Positions 49,382 through 60,012 of a stretch of DNA of 64,000 nucleotides are shown here, one piece after another. Source of the stretch: Synechococcus sp. (GTDB lineage: Bacteria > Cyanobacteriota > Cyanobacteriia > PCC-6307 > Cyanobiaceae); assembly GCA_047285305.1 (NCBI GenBank), contig JBJBDL010000003.1:422892-486891 (forward strand), in the 5' to 3' direction. The position numbers and the translations under genes were made by a program. The notes beneath the pieces are model-generated. The model had not been told where the DNA came from. It saw only the letters and a program-made list of their open reading frames with translations, and did not search any database. The stretch's first letter is position 1. Each line of letters begins with the position of its first letter.

Positions 49382-51964
49382 TCAGGCCTGAGCCAGAACG
49401 GTTGCTTCGTCGTCAGCACTGACCACGCGCCCCTGGTCTTCAAAGCCGCTGATCTGATCGAAGTTCAGGTAGCGGTAGAGCTCATCGGAGAGGGGATCGA
49501 TCTTCTCGGCCGCAATGCTGCGGTATTCCTCCGGGGTGGGAATGCGTCCCAGCTGGGCGCAGACGGCGGCGAGTTCGGCGCTGCCCAGGTACACCTGAGC
49601 ACCTTTGCCAAGGCGGTTGTTGAAGTTGCGGGTGCTGGTGGAGAACACGGTGGTGTTGTCCTCCACGCGGGCTTGGTTGCCCATGCAGAGAGAGCAACCC
49701 GGCATCTCCATGCGTGACCCGGCGGCCTCGAAGGTGGCGTAGTAGCCCTCCTCTTTGAGGGTCTCTTCGTCCATCCGCGTTGGGGGACAGACCCAGAGGC
49801 GCGCCGTGTTCTGGCCGGCGCCTTCCAGCACCTTGGCCGCGGCGCGGTAGTGGCCGATGTTGGTCATGCAGGAGCCGATGAACACCTCCTGCACAGGGTC
49901 ACCAGCCACCTCGCTGAGCAGCTTCACGTTGTCGGGATCGTTGGGGCAGGCCACCACCGGTTCGGTGAGCTCGTCGAGGTTGATTTCCAGCACTTCCGCG
50001 TACTCCGCGTCTGCGTCAGCACTCATCAGCTGGGGATTCGCCAGCCAGGCCTCCATCTCCTTGATCCGGCGGGCCAGGGTGCGGGCGTCGCTGTAGCCGC
50101 GGGCGATCATGTTTTTCAGCAGCGCCACGTTGCTGCGCAGGTATTCGCTCACCGTATCTTCAGAGAGTTTGATCGTGCAGCCGGCGCAGGAGCGTTCGGC
50201 GCTGGCATCGGTGAGTTCGAAGGCCTGTTCCAGCTTCAGGTCGGGCAGACCTTCGATCTCCATAATCCGGCCGTTGAACAGATTCTTCTTGTTGGCTTTT
50301 TCAACGGTGAGCAGTCCCCGCTGGATGGCCACCCAGGGGATGGCGTTCACCACGTCCCGGAGCGTGACGCCCGGTTGAAGGGATCCGCTGAAGCGCACCA
50401 GCACCGATTCAGGCATGTCCAGTGGCATGGCGCCGATGGCGGCTGCAAAGGCCACAACCCCAGAGCCGCCTGGGAAGGAAATGCCAAGGGGGAACCGGGT
50501 GTGGCTGTCGCCGCCAGTGCCGACGGTGTCGGGAAGAAGCATCCGGTTCAGCCAGCTGTGGATGATGCCGTCACCGGGTCGAAGGGCCACTCCACCGCGC
50601 TGGGCGAAGAAGTCGGGCAGTTCGTTCTGGGTCTGCAGATCTACCGGCTTCGGATAGGCGGCGGTGTGGCAGAAGCTCTGCATCACCAAGTCGGAGGAGA
50701 AGCCCAGGCAGGCCAGTTCCTTCATTTCGTCCCGCGTCATCGGGCCGGTGGTGTCCTGGGAGCCGACGGTGGTCATCAGCGGTTCGCAGCTGGTGCCGGG
50801 TCGGACGCCTGCAAGACCGCAGGCCTTGCCCACCATCTTCTGCGCCAGGGTGAAGCCCTTGCCGGTGTCTGCCGGGGCTGAGGGGCGGATGAACAGATCC
50901 GAAGGGGTGAGGCCAAGCTTGGCGCGCACCTTGTCGGTGAGAGCGCGACCGATCATCAGGGGGATGCGACCACCGGCCCGCACCTCGTCGCTGATCGTGG
51001 TGGGCTTCAGCTCGAACCGACTCACCACCTTGCCGTCCCGTTCGATCGTGCCGGCGTGGGGGCGAATGGTGATCACATCACCGGTGTTCAGGTCGGTGAC
51101 ATCGCATTCGATTGGCAGGGCACCGGAGTCTTCAGCGGTGTTGAAGAAGATCGGAGCGATCTTGCCGCCGAGGATCACGCCGCCCGCCCGTTTGTTAGGC
51201 ACATGGGGAATGTCATTGCCGGTGTGCCAGAGCACCGAATTGATGGCGCTCTTGCGGGAGCTTCCGGTTCCTACCACATCACCGACGTAAGCTACGGGAT
51301 GGCCTTTCTCTTTCAGGCCTGCGATGGTTTTCAGGCCCTCTGGATCGCGGGTCTCGAGCATCGCCAGGGCATGGACGGGGATGTCCGGCCGGGTGGTGGC
51401 ATGGGTGGCCGGCGACAGATCGTCGGTGTTGGTTTCGCCTTCAACCTTGAACACCGTCACTGTGATGCTCTCGGCCAGTTCGGGCTTGGCGGTGAACCAC
51501 TCGGCTGCGGCCCAGCTGTCCACAACTTGCTTGGCGAAGCGGTTGTCCGCCGCCAGATCCATCACTTCGTTGAATGCGTCGTAGACGAGCAGCGTTCGGC
51601 TGAGTCCCTCAGCAGCACAGCCAGCCAGCGCAGCGTCGGAGTGCTTCAGCAGCTCGATTAGGGCGGCGACGTTGTATCCCCCCACCATCGTTCCCAGCAG
51701 ACGGGTGGCCTCCAGTGATGACACCAGGGGGCTCTTGACGTCTCCCTGAGCCACGGCACTGAGCCAGGTGGCCTTCACGTAGGCCGCTTCATCCACACCC
51801 GGGGGGATCCGCTCGCTCAGCAGGTGCAGCAGGAACTCCTCCTCGCCGGCGGGAGGGTTCTGCAGCAATTCGGTCAGTCCCTTGGTCTGCTCGGCGTTGA
51901 GCGGAAGAGCGGGAACGCCCTGGGCTTCCCGGGCGGCAGCCAGCTCGCGGTAAGCGCTCAGCAT
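49382..51964 (-). CDS. acnB: Aconitate hydratase B (bifunctional aconitase 2)
   Basis: 860 aa with an N-terminal HEAT-like/swivel arrangement, and Fe-S ligand regions ([15 protein letters not shown]). Confidence 0.93.
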   Translation of the reverse strand: MLSAYRELAAAREAQGVPALPLNAEQTKGLTELLQNPPAGEEEFLLHLLSERIPPGVDEAAYVKATWLSAVAQGDVKSPLVSSLEATRLLGTMVGGYNVAALIELLKHSDAALAGCAAEGLSRTLLVYDAFNEVMDLAADNRFAKQVVDSWAAAEWFTAKPELAESITVTVFKVEGETNTDDLSPATHATTRPDIPVHALAMLETRDPEGLKTIAGLKEKGHPVAYVGDVVGTGSSRKSAINSVLWHTGNDIPHVPNKRAGGVILGGKIAPIFFNTAEDSGALPIECDVTDLNTGDVITIRPHAGTIERDGKVVSRFELKPTTISDEVRAGGRIPLMIGRALTDKVRAKLGLTPSDLFIRPSAPADTGKGFTLAQKMVGKACGLAGVRPGTSCEPLMTTVGSQDTTGPMTRDEMKELACLGFSSDLVMQSFCHTAAYPKPVDLQTQNELPDFFAQRGGVALRPGDGIIHSWLNRMLLPDTVGTGGDSHTRFPLGISFPGGSGVVAFAAAIGAMPLDMPESVLVRFSGSLQPGVTLRDVVNAIPWVAIQRGLLTVEKANKKNLFNGRIMEIEGLPDLKLEQAFELTDASAERSCAGCTIKLSEDTVSEYLRSNVALLKNMIARGYSDARTLARRIKEMEAWLANPQLMSADADAEYAEVLEINLDELTEPVVACPNDPDNVKLLSEVAGDPVQEVFIGSCMTNIGHYRAAAKVLEGAGQNTARLWVCPPTRMDEETLKEEGYYATFEAAGSRMEMPGCSLCMGNQARVEDNTTVFSTSTRNFNNRLGKGAQVYLGSAELAAVCAQLGRIPTPEEYRSIAAEKIDPLSDELYRYLNFDQISGFEDQGRVVSADDEATVLAQA

Positions 51965-52060
51965 GGAGATCTCTGTTCAGGGATGACCACTATTCTTCCG
52001 GACCGTGTCTGTTGCCAGTGAGCGGGGTGCGTAGCCTTGGTCGGAGTCTCGCGTCCAGTC

Positions 52061-53128
52061 ATGGCCACCACCTCCGATTTGCATGTGGTGGAGACACGTC
52101 CCTTGGTGGCCCCTGCCGTGTTGCATCAGGAGCTGCCCATGGACGCGGCGGCACTCGAAACGGTGGCGTCTGCCCGCCGGCGCATTCAAGACATCCTCAG
52201 TGGCCGTGATCAGCGCCTGCTGGTGGTGGTGGGCCCCTGCTCTGTCCATGACGTCAAAGCAGCCCGGGAGTATGCCCAGCGCCTGGCTCCGATCCGCGAG
52301 CGTTTGAAGGATCAGCTCGAGGTGGTGATGAGGGTGTATTTCGAGAAGCCGCGCACCACAGTCGGTTGGAAGGGACTGATCAACGACCCCCACCTCGACG
52401 ACTCCTACGACATCAACACCGGTCTGCGGCGGGCTCGGGGATTGCTGTTGGATCTCGCCCGGGAGGGGATGCCTGCTGCAACGGAACTGCTCGATCCTGT
52501 TGTTCCGCAGTACATCGCTGATTTGATCAGTTGGACCGCGATTGGCGCCAGGACGACAGAAAGTCAGACCCACCGTGAAATGGCTTCAGGGTTGTCGATG
52601 CCTATCGGCTACAAGAACGGCACCAACGGCAGCGCCACCATCGCGATCAATGCCATGCAGGCGGCAGCCAAGCCGCATCACTTCCTCGGCATCAATCGCG
52701 ATGGTCATGCCTCGATCGTCAGCACCACGGGAAATCCCTATGGCCACCTTGTGCTGCGCGGCGGCAGCCAGGGCAGCAATTACCACTTGGAGGCTGTGCA
52801 GGAGTCCGCAGCCGAGTTGAGCAAAGCCGGTCTGCAGGATCGTCTGATGGTGGATTGCAGCCATGCCAACAGCAATAAAGACTTCCGCCGACAGGCGGAG
52901 GTGCTGGCCAGCGTTGCTGAGCAGTTGCGGGAGGGCTCCAATCACGTGATGGGCGTGATGATCGAGAGCCATCTGGTGGAAGGCAACCAGAAGCTCAACG
53001 CCGACCTGACGCAGCTGACCTATGGCCAGAGCGTCACGGATGCCTGCATCAGCCTCGAGACCACCGAAACCTTGTTGGAGGATCTGGCCGCGGCCGTGGC
53101 CAGTCGCAAACAGACAGTTATCGCCTGA
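52061..53128 (+). CDS. 3-deoxy-7-phosphoheptulonate (DAHP) synthase, class I
   Basis: LLVVVGPCSVHD, KPRTTVGWKGLINDP and VDCSHANS motifs. The track start at 52037 is TTG, so the ATG at 52061 is preferred. Confidence 0.92.
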   Translation: MATTSDLHVVETRPLVAPAVLHQELPMDAAALETVASARRRIQDILSGRDQRLLVVVGPCSVHDVKAAREYAQRLAPIRERLKDQLEVVMRVYFEKPRTTVGWKGLINDPHLDDSYDINTGLRRARGLLLDLAREGMPAATELLDPVVPQYIADLISWTAIGARTTESQTHREMASGLSMPIGYKNGTNGSATIAINAMQAAAKPHHFLGINRDGHASIVSTTGNPYGHLVLRGGSQGSNYHLEAVQESAAELSKAGLQDRLMVDCSHANSNKDFRRQAEVLASVAEQLREGSNHVMGVMIESHLVEGNQKLNADLTQLTYGQSVTDACISLETTETLLEDLAAAVASRKQTVIA

Positions 53129-53144
53129 GCATCAACGCTTTGGT

Positions 53145-53795
53145 TCAGACCACCAGTTGACTCCACAGCACCCCCACGCTGAGGGGAACGCTGAGGTTGT
53201 CGAGACCGCTCCAGCTGAGCTGCTCCAAACTGGTTGCCATGGCCACCATGCAAACGGCTGCTTGCAGGGATAGGTCAGCCCCCGACCATCGCGCCAGGCC
53301 AATCAGCACCAAGCCTGAGACAACGGCCATGGTCATCGTGCCGACGCTTGATTTGGTCTGACCAAACAGAATCCACTTCGGGGACTCGACGTTGCGGCCG
53401 ATCAACGCTGCAAGGCCATCCCCCAGGGCCATCACCAGAACCCCGGCGGACACCGCATCGGCTCGGGTTGGCCAGAACAGCAGAAGCAGCGTTGTGATTG
53501 CGATGCCGTAGGCGATGGTGCCGTAGCTGTTGCGATCAACATCCTCAACGGCGGGGATGAAGCGCCATTGGTGGTTGATCGTCGTCACAACTGTGATCAC
53601 CGCCGCAACAGGCAGGGCAATGACGAAGGGAATTTCAAAGAACCAGGCCAAGGGAACCACGGCTCCGGTTCCGATGTGGACAATTTTTCGGCTCAGTTCC
53701 CGTTGGTTCGGCCGAAGCCGGCGGCACAAAACCGCGCCTGCTATCACCATCGCCATCCAGGTCAGGATGGCGATGGGTCCGGTGATGGAAAGCAA
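53145..53795 (-). CDS. Phytol/polyprenol kinase-like membrane protein (CTP-dependent kinase superfamily)
   Basis: 216 aa with 6-7 TM segments. RKIVHIGTGAVVP and LGDGLAALIG blocks resemble VTE5/dolichol-kinase-type proteins. The specific substrate is inferred. Confidence 0.65.
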   Translation of the reverse strand: MLSITGPIAILTWMAMVIAGAVLCRRLRPNQRELSRKIVHIGTGAVVPLAWFFEIPFVIALPVAAVITVVTTINHQWRFIPAVEDVDRNSYGTIAYGIAITTLLLLFWPTRADAVSAGVLVMALGDGLAALIGRNVESPKWILFGQTKSSVGTMTMAVVSGLVLIGLARWSGADLSLQAAVCMVAMATSLEQLSWSGLDNLSVPLSVGVLWSQLVV

Positions 53796-53800
53796 GTTGC

Positions 53801-54787
53801 TTAGGCGGCTTGTTGGTGGTTGGTCATGGCGCGTAGCTTGAGAATCGCTTTGGCCTCCAGCTGTCGGACGCGCTCGCGCGACACATTGATCTGACGACCG
53901 ATCTCCGCAAGAGTCAGAGGCTCTTCACCACCAAGACCGAACCGCAACTTCAGAATCTTCTGCTCGCGTTCATTCAACTGCGACAGCCAGCCCCCCAGAT
54001 GTTCCTTCTGGATGCTGCGATCCATCCCCTCCATCGGCTCTTCACCGTTGGGATCCGGGATCAGTTCGCCCAGGGTGCTGCGATCTTCCTCGCCACGGGC
54101 ATGGGCATCCAGTGATGCACAGGGTGCGCTCTGGGAGATCAGATCCTCCAGTTCCCGGGGCTCGATGCCCATGGCACTCGCCAACTCGAGCCGATTCGGT
54201 TGACGACCGAATCGGTGGGACAGCTCCCGGGAGATGCGACGCATCTTGGAAAGCTTTTCGCTGATGTGGATTGGCAGGCGAATGGTGCGAGCACTGTTGT
54301 CGATGGCCCGCGTCATGCCTTGGCGAATCCACCAGTAGGCATAGGTGGAAAATTTGTAGCCCATGGCGGGGTCGAACTTGTCGACCGCTCGCTCCAGCCC
54401 GATCGCACCTTCTTGAACCAGATCGAGCAGCTCCAGGCCCTGGTTCTGGTATTTCTTCGCCACGCTCACCACGAGCCGGAGGTTGGCGGCCATCATCCTG
54501 TCACGGGCTCGTTTGCCCATGCGGATCTTGTGGCGATGCCGGGAGGTCAGCTCCTCTTCCGGTAGCTCCTGAAGTTGCTTCATCGCTTGCACATGGTGTG
54601 CAAGTTCGATCTCTTCAGCTGCCGTCAGCAAGGGGATACGTCCGATGCTGCTCAGATAAAAACCAATGGAGTCGGTGGCAAGCCGCCCTCCTTGTCGAGT
54701 CGATGGTCGACGTCCGGTGGACGGCAACGCAGGTTCCTTCCGGGACGACTGTTTTGTCGTGCCGGAAGATTCCAGAGGGATCCCCAT
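53801..54787 (-). CDS. RNA polymerase sigma-70 family factor (group-2-like)
   Basis: Region 1.2 (YLSSIGRIPLLTAAEE), region 2 (FSTYAYWWIRQGMTRAI) and region 4.2 (TLAEIGRQINVSRERVRQLEAKAILKLR). It has no long region 1.1. Confidence 0.9.
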   Translation of the reverse strand: MGIPLESSGTTKQSSRKEPALPSTGRRPSTRQGGRLATDSIGFYLSSIGRIPLLTAAEEIELAHHVQAMKQLQELPEEELTSRHRHKIRMGKRARDRMMAANLRLVVSVAKKYQNQGLELLDLVQEGAIGLERAVDKFDPAMGYKFSTYAYWWIRQGMTRAIDNSARTIRLPIHISEKLSKMRRISRELSHRFGRQPNRLELASAMGIEPRELEDLISQSAPCASLDAHARGEEDRSTLGELIPDPNGEEPMEGMDRSIQKEHLGGWLSQLNEREQKILKLRFGLGGEEPLTLAEIGRQINVSRERVRQLEAKAILKLRAMTNHQQAA

Positions 54788-54990
54788 CACCCTGGTCTCC
54801 TGAATGAATTTGGGCTGAACTTAGCACCAAGCAACAGTGCTGACTGTTTCGAATCGAAAGAATTTCAGGAGCTGAATCTTTGGGCTTTCAAAACAACTGA
54901 TTCGGCCGTGATCGTGGCAACTTCAAGTTTGTTTTTGAAGGAATGTTGTATCGGATGTCACAGACGTAATCTCTTTGAAAACCAAAAGAA

Positions 54991-57129
54991 TCACAAGGAT
55001 TGGATGCCGTTACTCCATTCCTTGATCAATTGAATCTGGGAATTGCGTTCCGAGGCGTCGTTTTCGGGTTTGCGCTGCACAAATGTGCCGTCGCTCTGCA
55101 TGTCCCAGGCAGCCTGGTTGTCATTCAAGTACAGCTGCAGCAGGCGTTCCAGTTTCTGGCGATGCTCGGGATCTTCGATTGGTGTGACCGCTTCAATGCG
55201 GCGGTCAAGGTTGCGGCTCATCCAGTCGGCGCTGCCGATGTACACCTCTGGTGAGCCGCCGTTGGCGAACGAAAAGATTCTCGAGTGTTCCAGGAATGGG
55301 CCGATGATGCTGATCACCCGAATGTTTTCACTCAGTCCTTCACAACAGGGAAAGAGGCTGCACATGCCCCGAATGATCAATTCGATCGTCACTCCGGCTT
55401 GGGACGCTTCATAAAGAAGCGCAATGATCGTTGGGTCCACCAGGGAATTCATCTTGGCTCGGATCACGGCCTCTCGGCCCTGATGAGCATGTTCAATTTC
55501 GCGGCGGATCAACAGCTCCATACCTTTCCGCAGGGTGACGGGGGCCACGAGCAGGCGACGAAAACTTTGCTGCTTGGAAAAACCGGTGAGGTAATTGAAC
55601 AGTTCCACCAGGTCTTGACCCAGTTCCTGGTTAGCGGTGAGCAGGCCCAGGTCGGTGTAGAGCTTGGAGGTTTTGGAGTTGTAGTTACCTGTGCCGATGT
55701 GCACATAGCTCTGAAGCTTGTCCTTCTCCTTGCGCACCACCAGAACAATCTTGGTGTGGGTTTTCAGTCCCAGCACCCCATAGACCACATGCACTCCGGA
55801 CTGCTCCAGGTGCCGGGCCCATTGGATGTTGTTGTCTTCGTCAAATCGTGCTTTCAATTCCACCAGTGCCATCACCTGCTTGCCGTTTTCGGCGGCACGG
55901 ATCAGTGCAGCGATGATCGGCGAGTCTTTGGAGGTGCGGTAGAGCGTCATCTTGATGCCCATCACCTGGGGATCGTCCGCCGCCTGGTTGATGAACTCTT
56001 CAACGGTTGTTGAGAAGAGGTCATAGGGATGGTGCAGAAGGATGTCCTGTCGGCGAATCACCGAGAAGATTGATCTGAACTCATCCGGCTTGATCGCTCC
56101 CTCGTCCAGCAGGTGTTGCTGACTGCGGGCAAGCACCGTCGGTGTCTGGCCTCCGTGGCTTTGGCTCTTGAGTTTCGGCAGCGGTAGTGCGGTCAGGCTG
56201 AGCAGGTCGTCTAGGCCCAGGGGGCCATCGATCACATAGAGGTCTTCCTCTTCAACGCTGAGTCCTGTCATCAGCATCTCCACCACGTCCTGAGGCATTT
56301 CGTTGGGCACCTCGAGGCGCACCACCTCACCGCCCATGCGTCGCTTTCGCAGTCCCTGTTCAAGGGCCAGCATCAGGTCATCGGCTTCCAGATCTCTCAG
56401 CTCTAGATCCGCATCCCGCGTCACGCGGAAGAAGTAGTGCCCCTCGATCGTCATGCCAGGGAACAGCTCCTTCAGGTTGAAGGCGATCACCTGCTCGAGG
56501 GCGATGGCGGTGTGAACGGGTTTGTGCCCCTGGCTGCTCAGATTCGAGGGGATGGCGATGAAGCGAGGCAGATTTTTCTGGGGAACTTTCACACGGGCAA
56601 ATTGCCGTTGCCCTGTTTCCGGATCAACAACCACGGCCGCAACGTTGAGGCTCAGGTTGCTTACGAAGGGGAACGGATGGGCGGGGTCCACAGCCAGCGG
56701 TGTGAGCACCGGAAACACCGAGGTCTGGAAGGTGTCGTCAACCCACTGGCGTTGGCCGTCGTTCAGCTGTTTGTAATCGAGCAGCTCAACCTTGTGTTCC
56801 AGCAGCTTCGGCCTCAGGTGCTGGCGGTAATGCACCTGTTGCTCTCGCAGCAGGGGAATCAGCTCTTCCCGGATCGCCAGCAGCTGCTCCAAGGGCGATT
56901 TGCCATCCTCACTTGGCTTGCTGACGCCCGCCTCAACCTGAGACTTCAGTGACGCCACGCGAACCATGAAGAATTCGTCGAGGTTGTTGCTGAAGATGGC
57001 GCTGAACTTGGCTTGATCGAGCAGAGGTGTGCGCGTATCCAGGGCCTGGGCCAGCACCCTTTCGTTGAAGGCGATCCAGCTCAGCTCCCGGTTGATGTAG
57101 TGCTCCGGGGCTAAGGCTGCTGCGCACAT
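54991..57129 (-). CDS. ppk: Polyphosphate kinase 1
   Basis: 712 aa with YINRELSWIAFNERVL at the N-terminus, and two PLD-like domains (HTKIVLVVRKE, GSADWMSRNLDRRIE). Confidence 0.95.
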   Translation of the reverse strand: MCAAALAPEHYINRELSWIAFNERVLAQALDTRTPLLDQAKFSAIFSNNLDEFFMVRVASLKSQVEAGVSKPSEDGKSPLEQLLAIREELIPLLREQQVHYRQHLRPKLLEHKVELLDYKQLNDGQRQWVDDTFQTSVFPVLTPLAVDPAHPFPFVSNLSLNVAAVVVDPETGQRQFARVKVPQKNLPRFIAIPSNLSSQGHKPVHTAIALEQVIAFNLKELFPGMTIEGHYFFRVTRDADLELRDLEADDLMLALEQGLRKRRMGGEVVRLEVPNEMPQDVVEMLMTGLSVEEEDLYVIDGPLGLDDLLSLTALPLPKLKSQSHGGQTPTVLARSQQHLLDEGAIKPDEFRSIFSVIRRQDILLHHPYDLFSTTVEEFINQAADDPQVMGIKMTLYRTSKDSPIIAALIRAAENGKQVMALVELKARFDEDNNIQWARHLEQSGVHVVYGVLGLKTHTKIVLVVRKEKDKLQSYVHIGTGNYNSKTSKLYTDLGLLTANQELGQDLVELFNYLTGFSKQQSFRRLLVAPVTLRKGMELLIRREIEHAHQGREAVIRAKMNSLVDPTIIALLYEASQAGVTIELIIRGMCSLFPCCEGLSENIRVISIIGPFLEHSRIFSFANGGSPEVYIGSADWMSRNLDRRIEAVTPIEDPEHRQKLERLLQLYLNDNQAAWDMQSDGTFVQRKPENDASERNSQIQLIKEWSNGIQSL

Positions 57130-57174
57130 GGGCTGAACGGCTCGGCGCTGGTGTCATTAGCCGAAACGTAGCAA

Positions 57175-58494
57175 TCAGGACTGGCTTGGTTGTGTGTCGG
57201 AGATGTCCGGCAGTGGGCTGCCGGCCACCAGGCCGATCACGATCACCAGCACGGTTGCCGCAGCTGCAAATGGGCTCACTGGACCCAGCAGGTCGTAGCT
57301 CAATCCCGCCAGGGGGGGGCCGAGGAAACTTCCCAAACTCTGCAGGGCCTGAAGGCTGCCTAGGGCGCTGCCTTGCCCTTCCCGACCCAGGCGCCGTGAC
57401 ACCAGGCTGCGCAGGCTTGGTGTCACCAAGCCGGTGCCAAGGGCCAGGATGCCGACGGCAGTGAAGATGGCGCCGGCCCGATCGGATGCGCCGACGCTGG
57501 GGATCAGCAGGCATCCAATGATCACCAGGCCCAGGCCCAGCAAGGTCAGACGCCATTCACCAAACCGTTTCACCAGGGGCCCGATCAGCCCTCCTTGCAC
57601 CACGGTGGCGACCACCCCCACCACGAGGAAGGCGGTGGTGGCGAGCTCAGGGCCCCAGCCGAAGCGTTGCTTGAAATAGAGCACCAGGATGGCGGTGAAG
57701 CCGTTGAAGGCGAGGAAGAAGAGGAAAAAAGCTCCGCACAGTCGCCCCACGCTGGGGTTCATCAGCACCTGGCTCAGCCGTGCAAACGGATTGAGGTCGC
57801 GTTTTCTGGGCAGGTTTTTGCGGGAGTCCTGGGGATGGGTTTCCGGCAGCAGATTGAGCACCACCAAGAGGTTGAGTGCAGCGAAGCCTGTGGCCACCCA
57901 AACCGGAAGGGACACGGCCACCCGGGCCAGTTGCCCGCCAACGAAGGGGCCAAGGATGAACCCCAAGCCAAAGGCCACGCCGATCAAGCCGAAGGCACGG
58001 GCTCGCTTGTCGGGCGGAGTGATGTCGGCGAGCACGGCGCTGGCTGTTGCCGCCGTACCGCCACTGATGCCATCAATGATCCGTGCTGCGAACAGCAACA
58101 GCAGGGGCAGCAGGCTTTGGCTGGGCCAAGGCAGTGAAACCGTCACGGCAAACAGGCCGAGCCCCACCACGGATCCTGCGACGCAGATGCTGATCACGGG
58201 GCGGCGGCCATAGCGATCACTAAGCGCCCCGATCAAGGGGGTAACCAAGAACTGCGCCAGGGCATAGCTTCCGGCCAACAGACCCAGGGTTCGTCCATCT
58301 GGGGCGAACTGGGCCAGGAGAAAGGGCAACAGCGGAAAAACAATGCTTTCGCTGAGCCGGTCGTTGAGCAGCGTGAGAAACGCGCTGAGCAGTGTGGGAA
58401 TCCGAGGACGCTGCAAGCTTGTTGCCACGCAGGAGAGACTCACATTCCCACAGGCGGCTCCATGGCTTTGCGTCCGATCGCTCCGGAGGATCAA
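57175..58494 (-). CDS. MFS transporter (drug/tetracycline-efflux-like)
   Basis: About 12 TM segments and a GALSDRYGRRPV motif between TM2 and TM3. The start is uncertain. The 58494 start would overlap the divergent GNAT gene by 33 nt, and in-frame GTG/TTG codons lie just downstream. Confidence 0.85.
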   Translation of the reverse strand: MILRSDRTQSHGAACGNVSLSCVATSLQRPRIPTLLSAFLTLLNDRLSESIVFPLLPFLLAQFAPDGRTLGLLAGSYALAQFLVTPLIGALSDRYGRRPVISICVAGSVVGLGLFAVTVSLPWPSQSLLPLLLLFAARIIDGISGGTAATASAVLADITPPDKRARAFGLIGVAFGLGFILGPFVGGQLARVAVSLPVWVATGFAALNLLVVLNLLPETHPQDSRKNLPRKRDLNPFARLSQVLMNPSVGRLCGAFFLFFLAFNGFTAILVLYFKQRFGWGPELATTAFLVVGVVATVVQGGLIGPLVKRFGEWRLTLLGLGLVIIGCLLIPSVGASDRAGAIFTAVGILALGTGLVTPSLRSLVSRRLGREGQGSALGSLQALQSLGSFLGPPLAGLSYDLLGPVSPFAAAATVLVIVIGLVAGSPLPDISDTQPSQS

Positions 58495-58929
58495 CCGCTG
58501 TTGCGGGAGATCTATGCCGATGCGATCGAATCGCAGGCTCCTCTCCTTTATTCAGATGAACAAGTCAGGGCCTGGGCGGCTCTGGCCTGGTTGCCCGGCG
58601 TGCTCGATGCGAGTTTTCGGGAGGGCTCGGGATGGCTCACCACCGATGGTTCGGCCTTTGCGATCCGCCATCCCGAAAATCGTCTCTCGTTGCTCTACTG
58701 CCGTGGTTGTGCCTCGAGGCGGGGGCATGGCAGTGCCCTTCTGAACCAGATCGAAGCGGATGCGCTGGCGTCCGGCGTTCAACAATTACGAACGGAGGCC
58801 AGCCAGTTCAGCCGACCGTTGCTGAAGCGCCGTGGCTGGGAGGTGGAGGCGCCGGAAACGATCCTGATCGGAGGCGTTCCGTTCGAGCGCTATCGGATGG
58901 TCAAGCTGCTTCGCCAAGCGCAGAGTTGA
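58462..58929 (+). CDS. GNAT-family N-acetyltransferase
   Basis: 155 aa with the acetyl-CoA motif A region RRGHGSALLNQIEADA. Confidence 0.8.
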   Translation: MALRPIAPEDQPLLREIYADAIESQAPLLYSDEQVRAWAALAWLPGVLDASFREGSGWLTTDGSAFAIRHPENRLSLLYCRGCASRRGHGSALLNQIEADALASGVQQLRTEASQFSRPLLKRRGWEVEAPETILIGGVPFERYRMVKLLRQAQS

Positions 58930-59960
58930 TCGAGCATGGCTTGGGCCTGGCCTGTCTGTAGAACGGCCGCTGCCCGTTGAATGCCCTGTTCCAGGGATTC
59001 ACTGCAGCCGGAGAACCACAGATAGGCCCCAGCGTTCCAGCGCAGGGCGTCGCAGAGAGGACCTTTGTTCTGCAGGGCGTTTCGCGCCTGATCTGCCCAG
59101 GTGTCATCGTCAGCCCATTCCACGTCGGCGTCGTGACAGCCGTGGTCACGGGGGTGCAGGATCAATCGCTCCGCCTTGCCGTTTCGCACCCGGGCCGTGA
59201 TGCAGGCTCGGCCGATGGGCAGGTCGGTTCCTCCTTCCAACCCCTTCACGGTAAGAACATCGGTTTCGCCGGCTTGCTTGAGGGCTTCCCAGGCGCGGGC
59301 TTCTGTTGGTGGGTGGACAAAGCCACTCACAAGGAGGTGGTCGCCTTGGTGGGGTGTCCAGAGCAGTTCCAGGCTGGCAACTGGGGGACGCTTGCCTAGT
59401 TCCTCGCGGTAGCCGATCAGGGTTTCCGCAATGGGGAAGTGATCCGGCTGGTGAATCAGGGCAAAGCCGTTCTGCTGGAACCCGTCGGCAACGGCGCTGA
59501 TCGGCAGACCTGTGAGGTCGAGATCGAGAAGACGGAACAGATCAACAGCGGTGACGCCGTATTTGATCGGCATCCGGTCACCGCCCTGAAGAACCACCGG
59601 CTGCTCACAGGCCAGCAGCACCAGCGCGGTGAGCGGGTAAATCGGCGCTGTGCGCGTGCGCCCGTCGTAGGGCATGCCGAAACACAACGGTGCTCGATTG
59701 CTGGCGGTGGATTGCAGCACCGGGCCGTGGGCTCGGTAGGTGTCGAGCATCCCCGTGAGTTCCTGAGGTTCCGGCCGTCGGATGCGATGGGCAATCAGAA
59801 AGGCGCCGATCTGTGCGGGCGTCGCTTCGCCCTGCAGCATCAGCTCCATGGCATCAGCCGCTTCCTCGCGACTCATGCCTTTGCTGGTGTGTTCACCGCT
59901 TCCCACCTTGCGCAGGTGCTGCTTGAAACGGTCGCGGCCGGAGAGAACTGCGCTCGTCAA
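58890..59960 (-). CDS. Divergent anthranilate phosphoribosyltransferase (TrpD/glycosyltransferase family 3)-like protein
   Basis: 356 aa with a helical N-domain (EATPAQIGAFLIAHRIRRPEPQELTGMLDTY). The canonical GTGGD and KHGNR motifs are replaced (GMPYDGRTR, LQGGDRMP). The start codon is TTG. Confidence 0.75.
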   Translation of the reverse strand: MTSAVLSGRDRFKQHLRKVGSGEHTSKGMSREEAADAMELMLQGEATPAQIGAFLIAHRIRRPEPQELTGMLDTYRAHGPVLQSTASNRAPLCFGMPYDGRTRTAPIYPLTALVLLACEQPVVLQGGDRMPIKYGVTAVDLFRLLDLDLTGLPISAVADGFQQNGFALIHQPDHFPIAETLIGYREELGKRPPVASLELLWTPHQGDHLLVSGFVHPPTEARAWEALKQAGETDVLTVKGLEGGTDLPIGRACITARVRNGKAERLILHPRDHGCHDADVEWADDDTWADQARNALQNKGPLCDALRWNAGAYLWFSGCSESLEQGIQRAAAVLQTGQAQAMLDQLCAWRSSLTIR

Positions 59961-60012
59961 AGGTCCGGCCTCAAGCTGTGGTCAGTCTTCAGGAGCGACT
60001 GACCCAGTAGGG

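Noticed and set aside
54948-54961. NtcA-like GTATCGGATGTCAC (GTA-N8-CAC) upstream of the sigma-factor gene
   Set aside because: It is imperfect in the TAC half-site. There is no acceptable -10 at 20-23 nt on either strand, and it lies about 160 nt from the start codon. It is not distinguishable from chance by eye.
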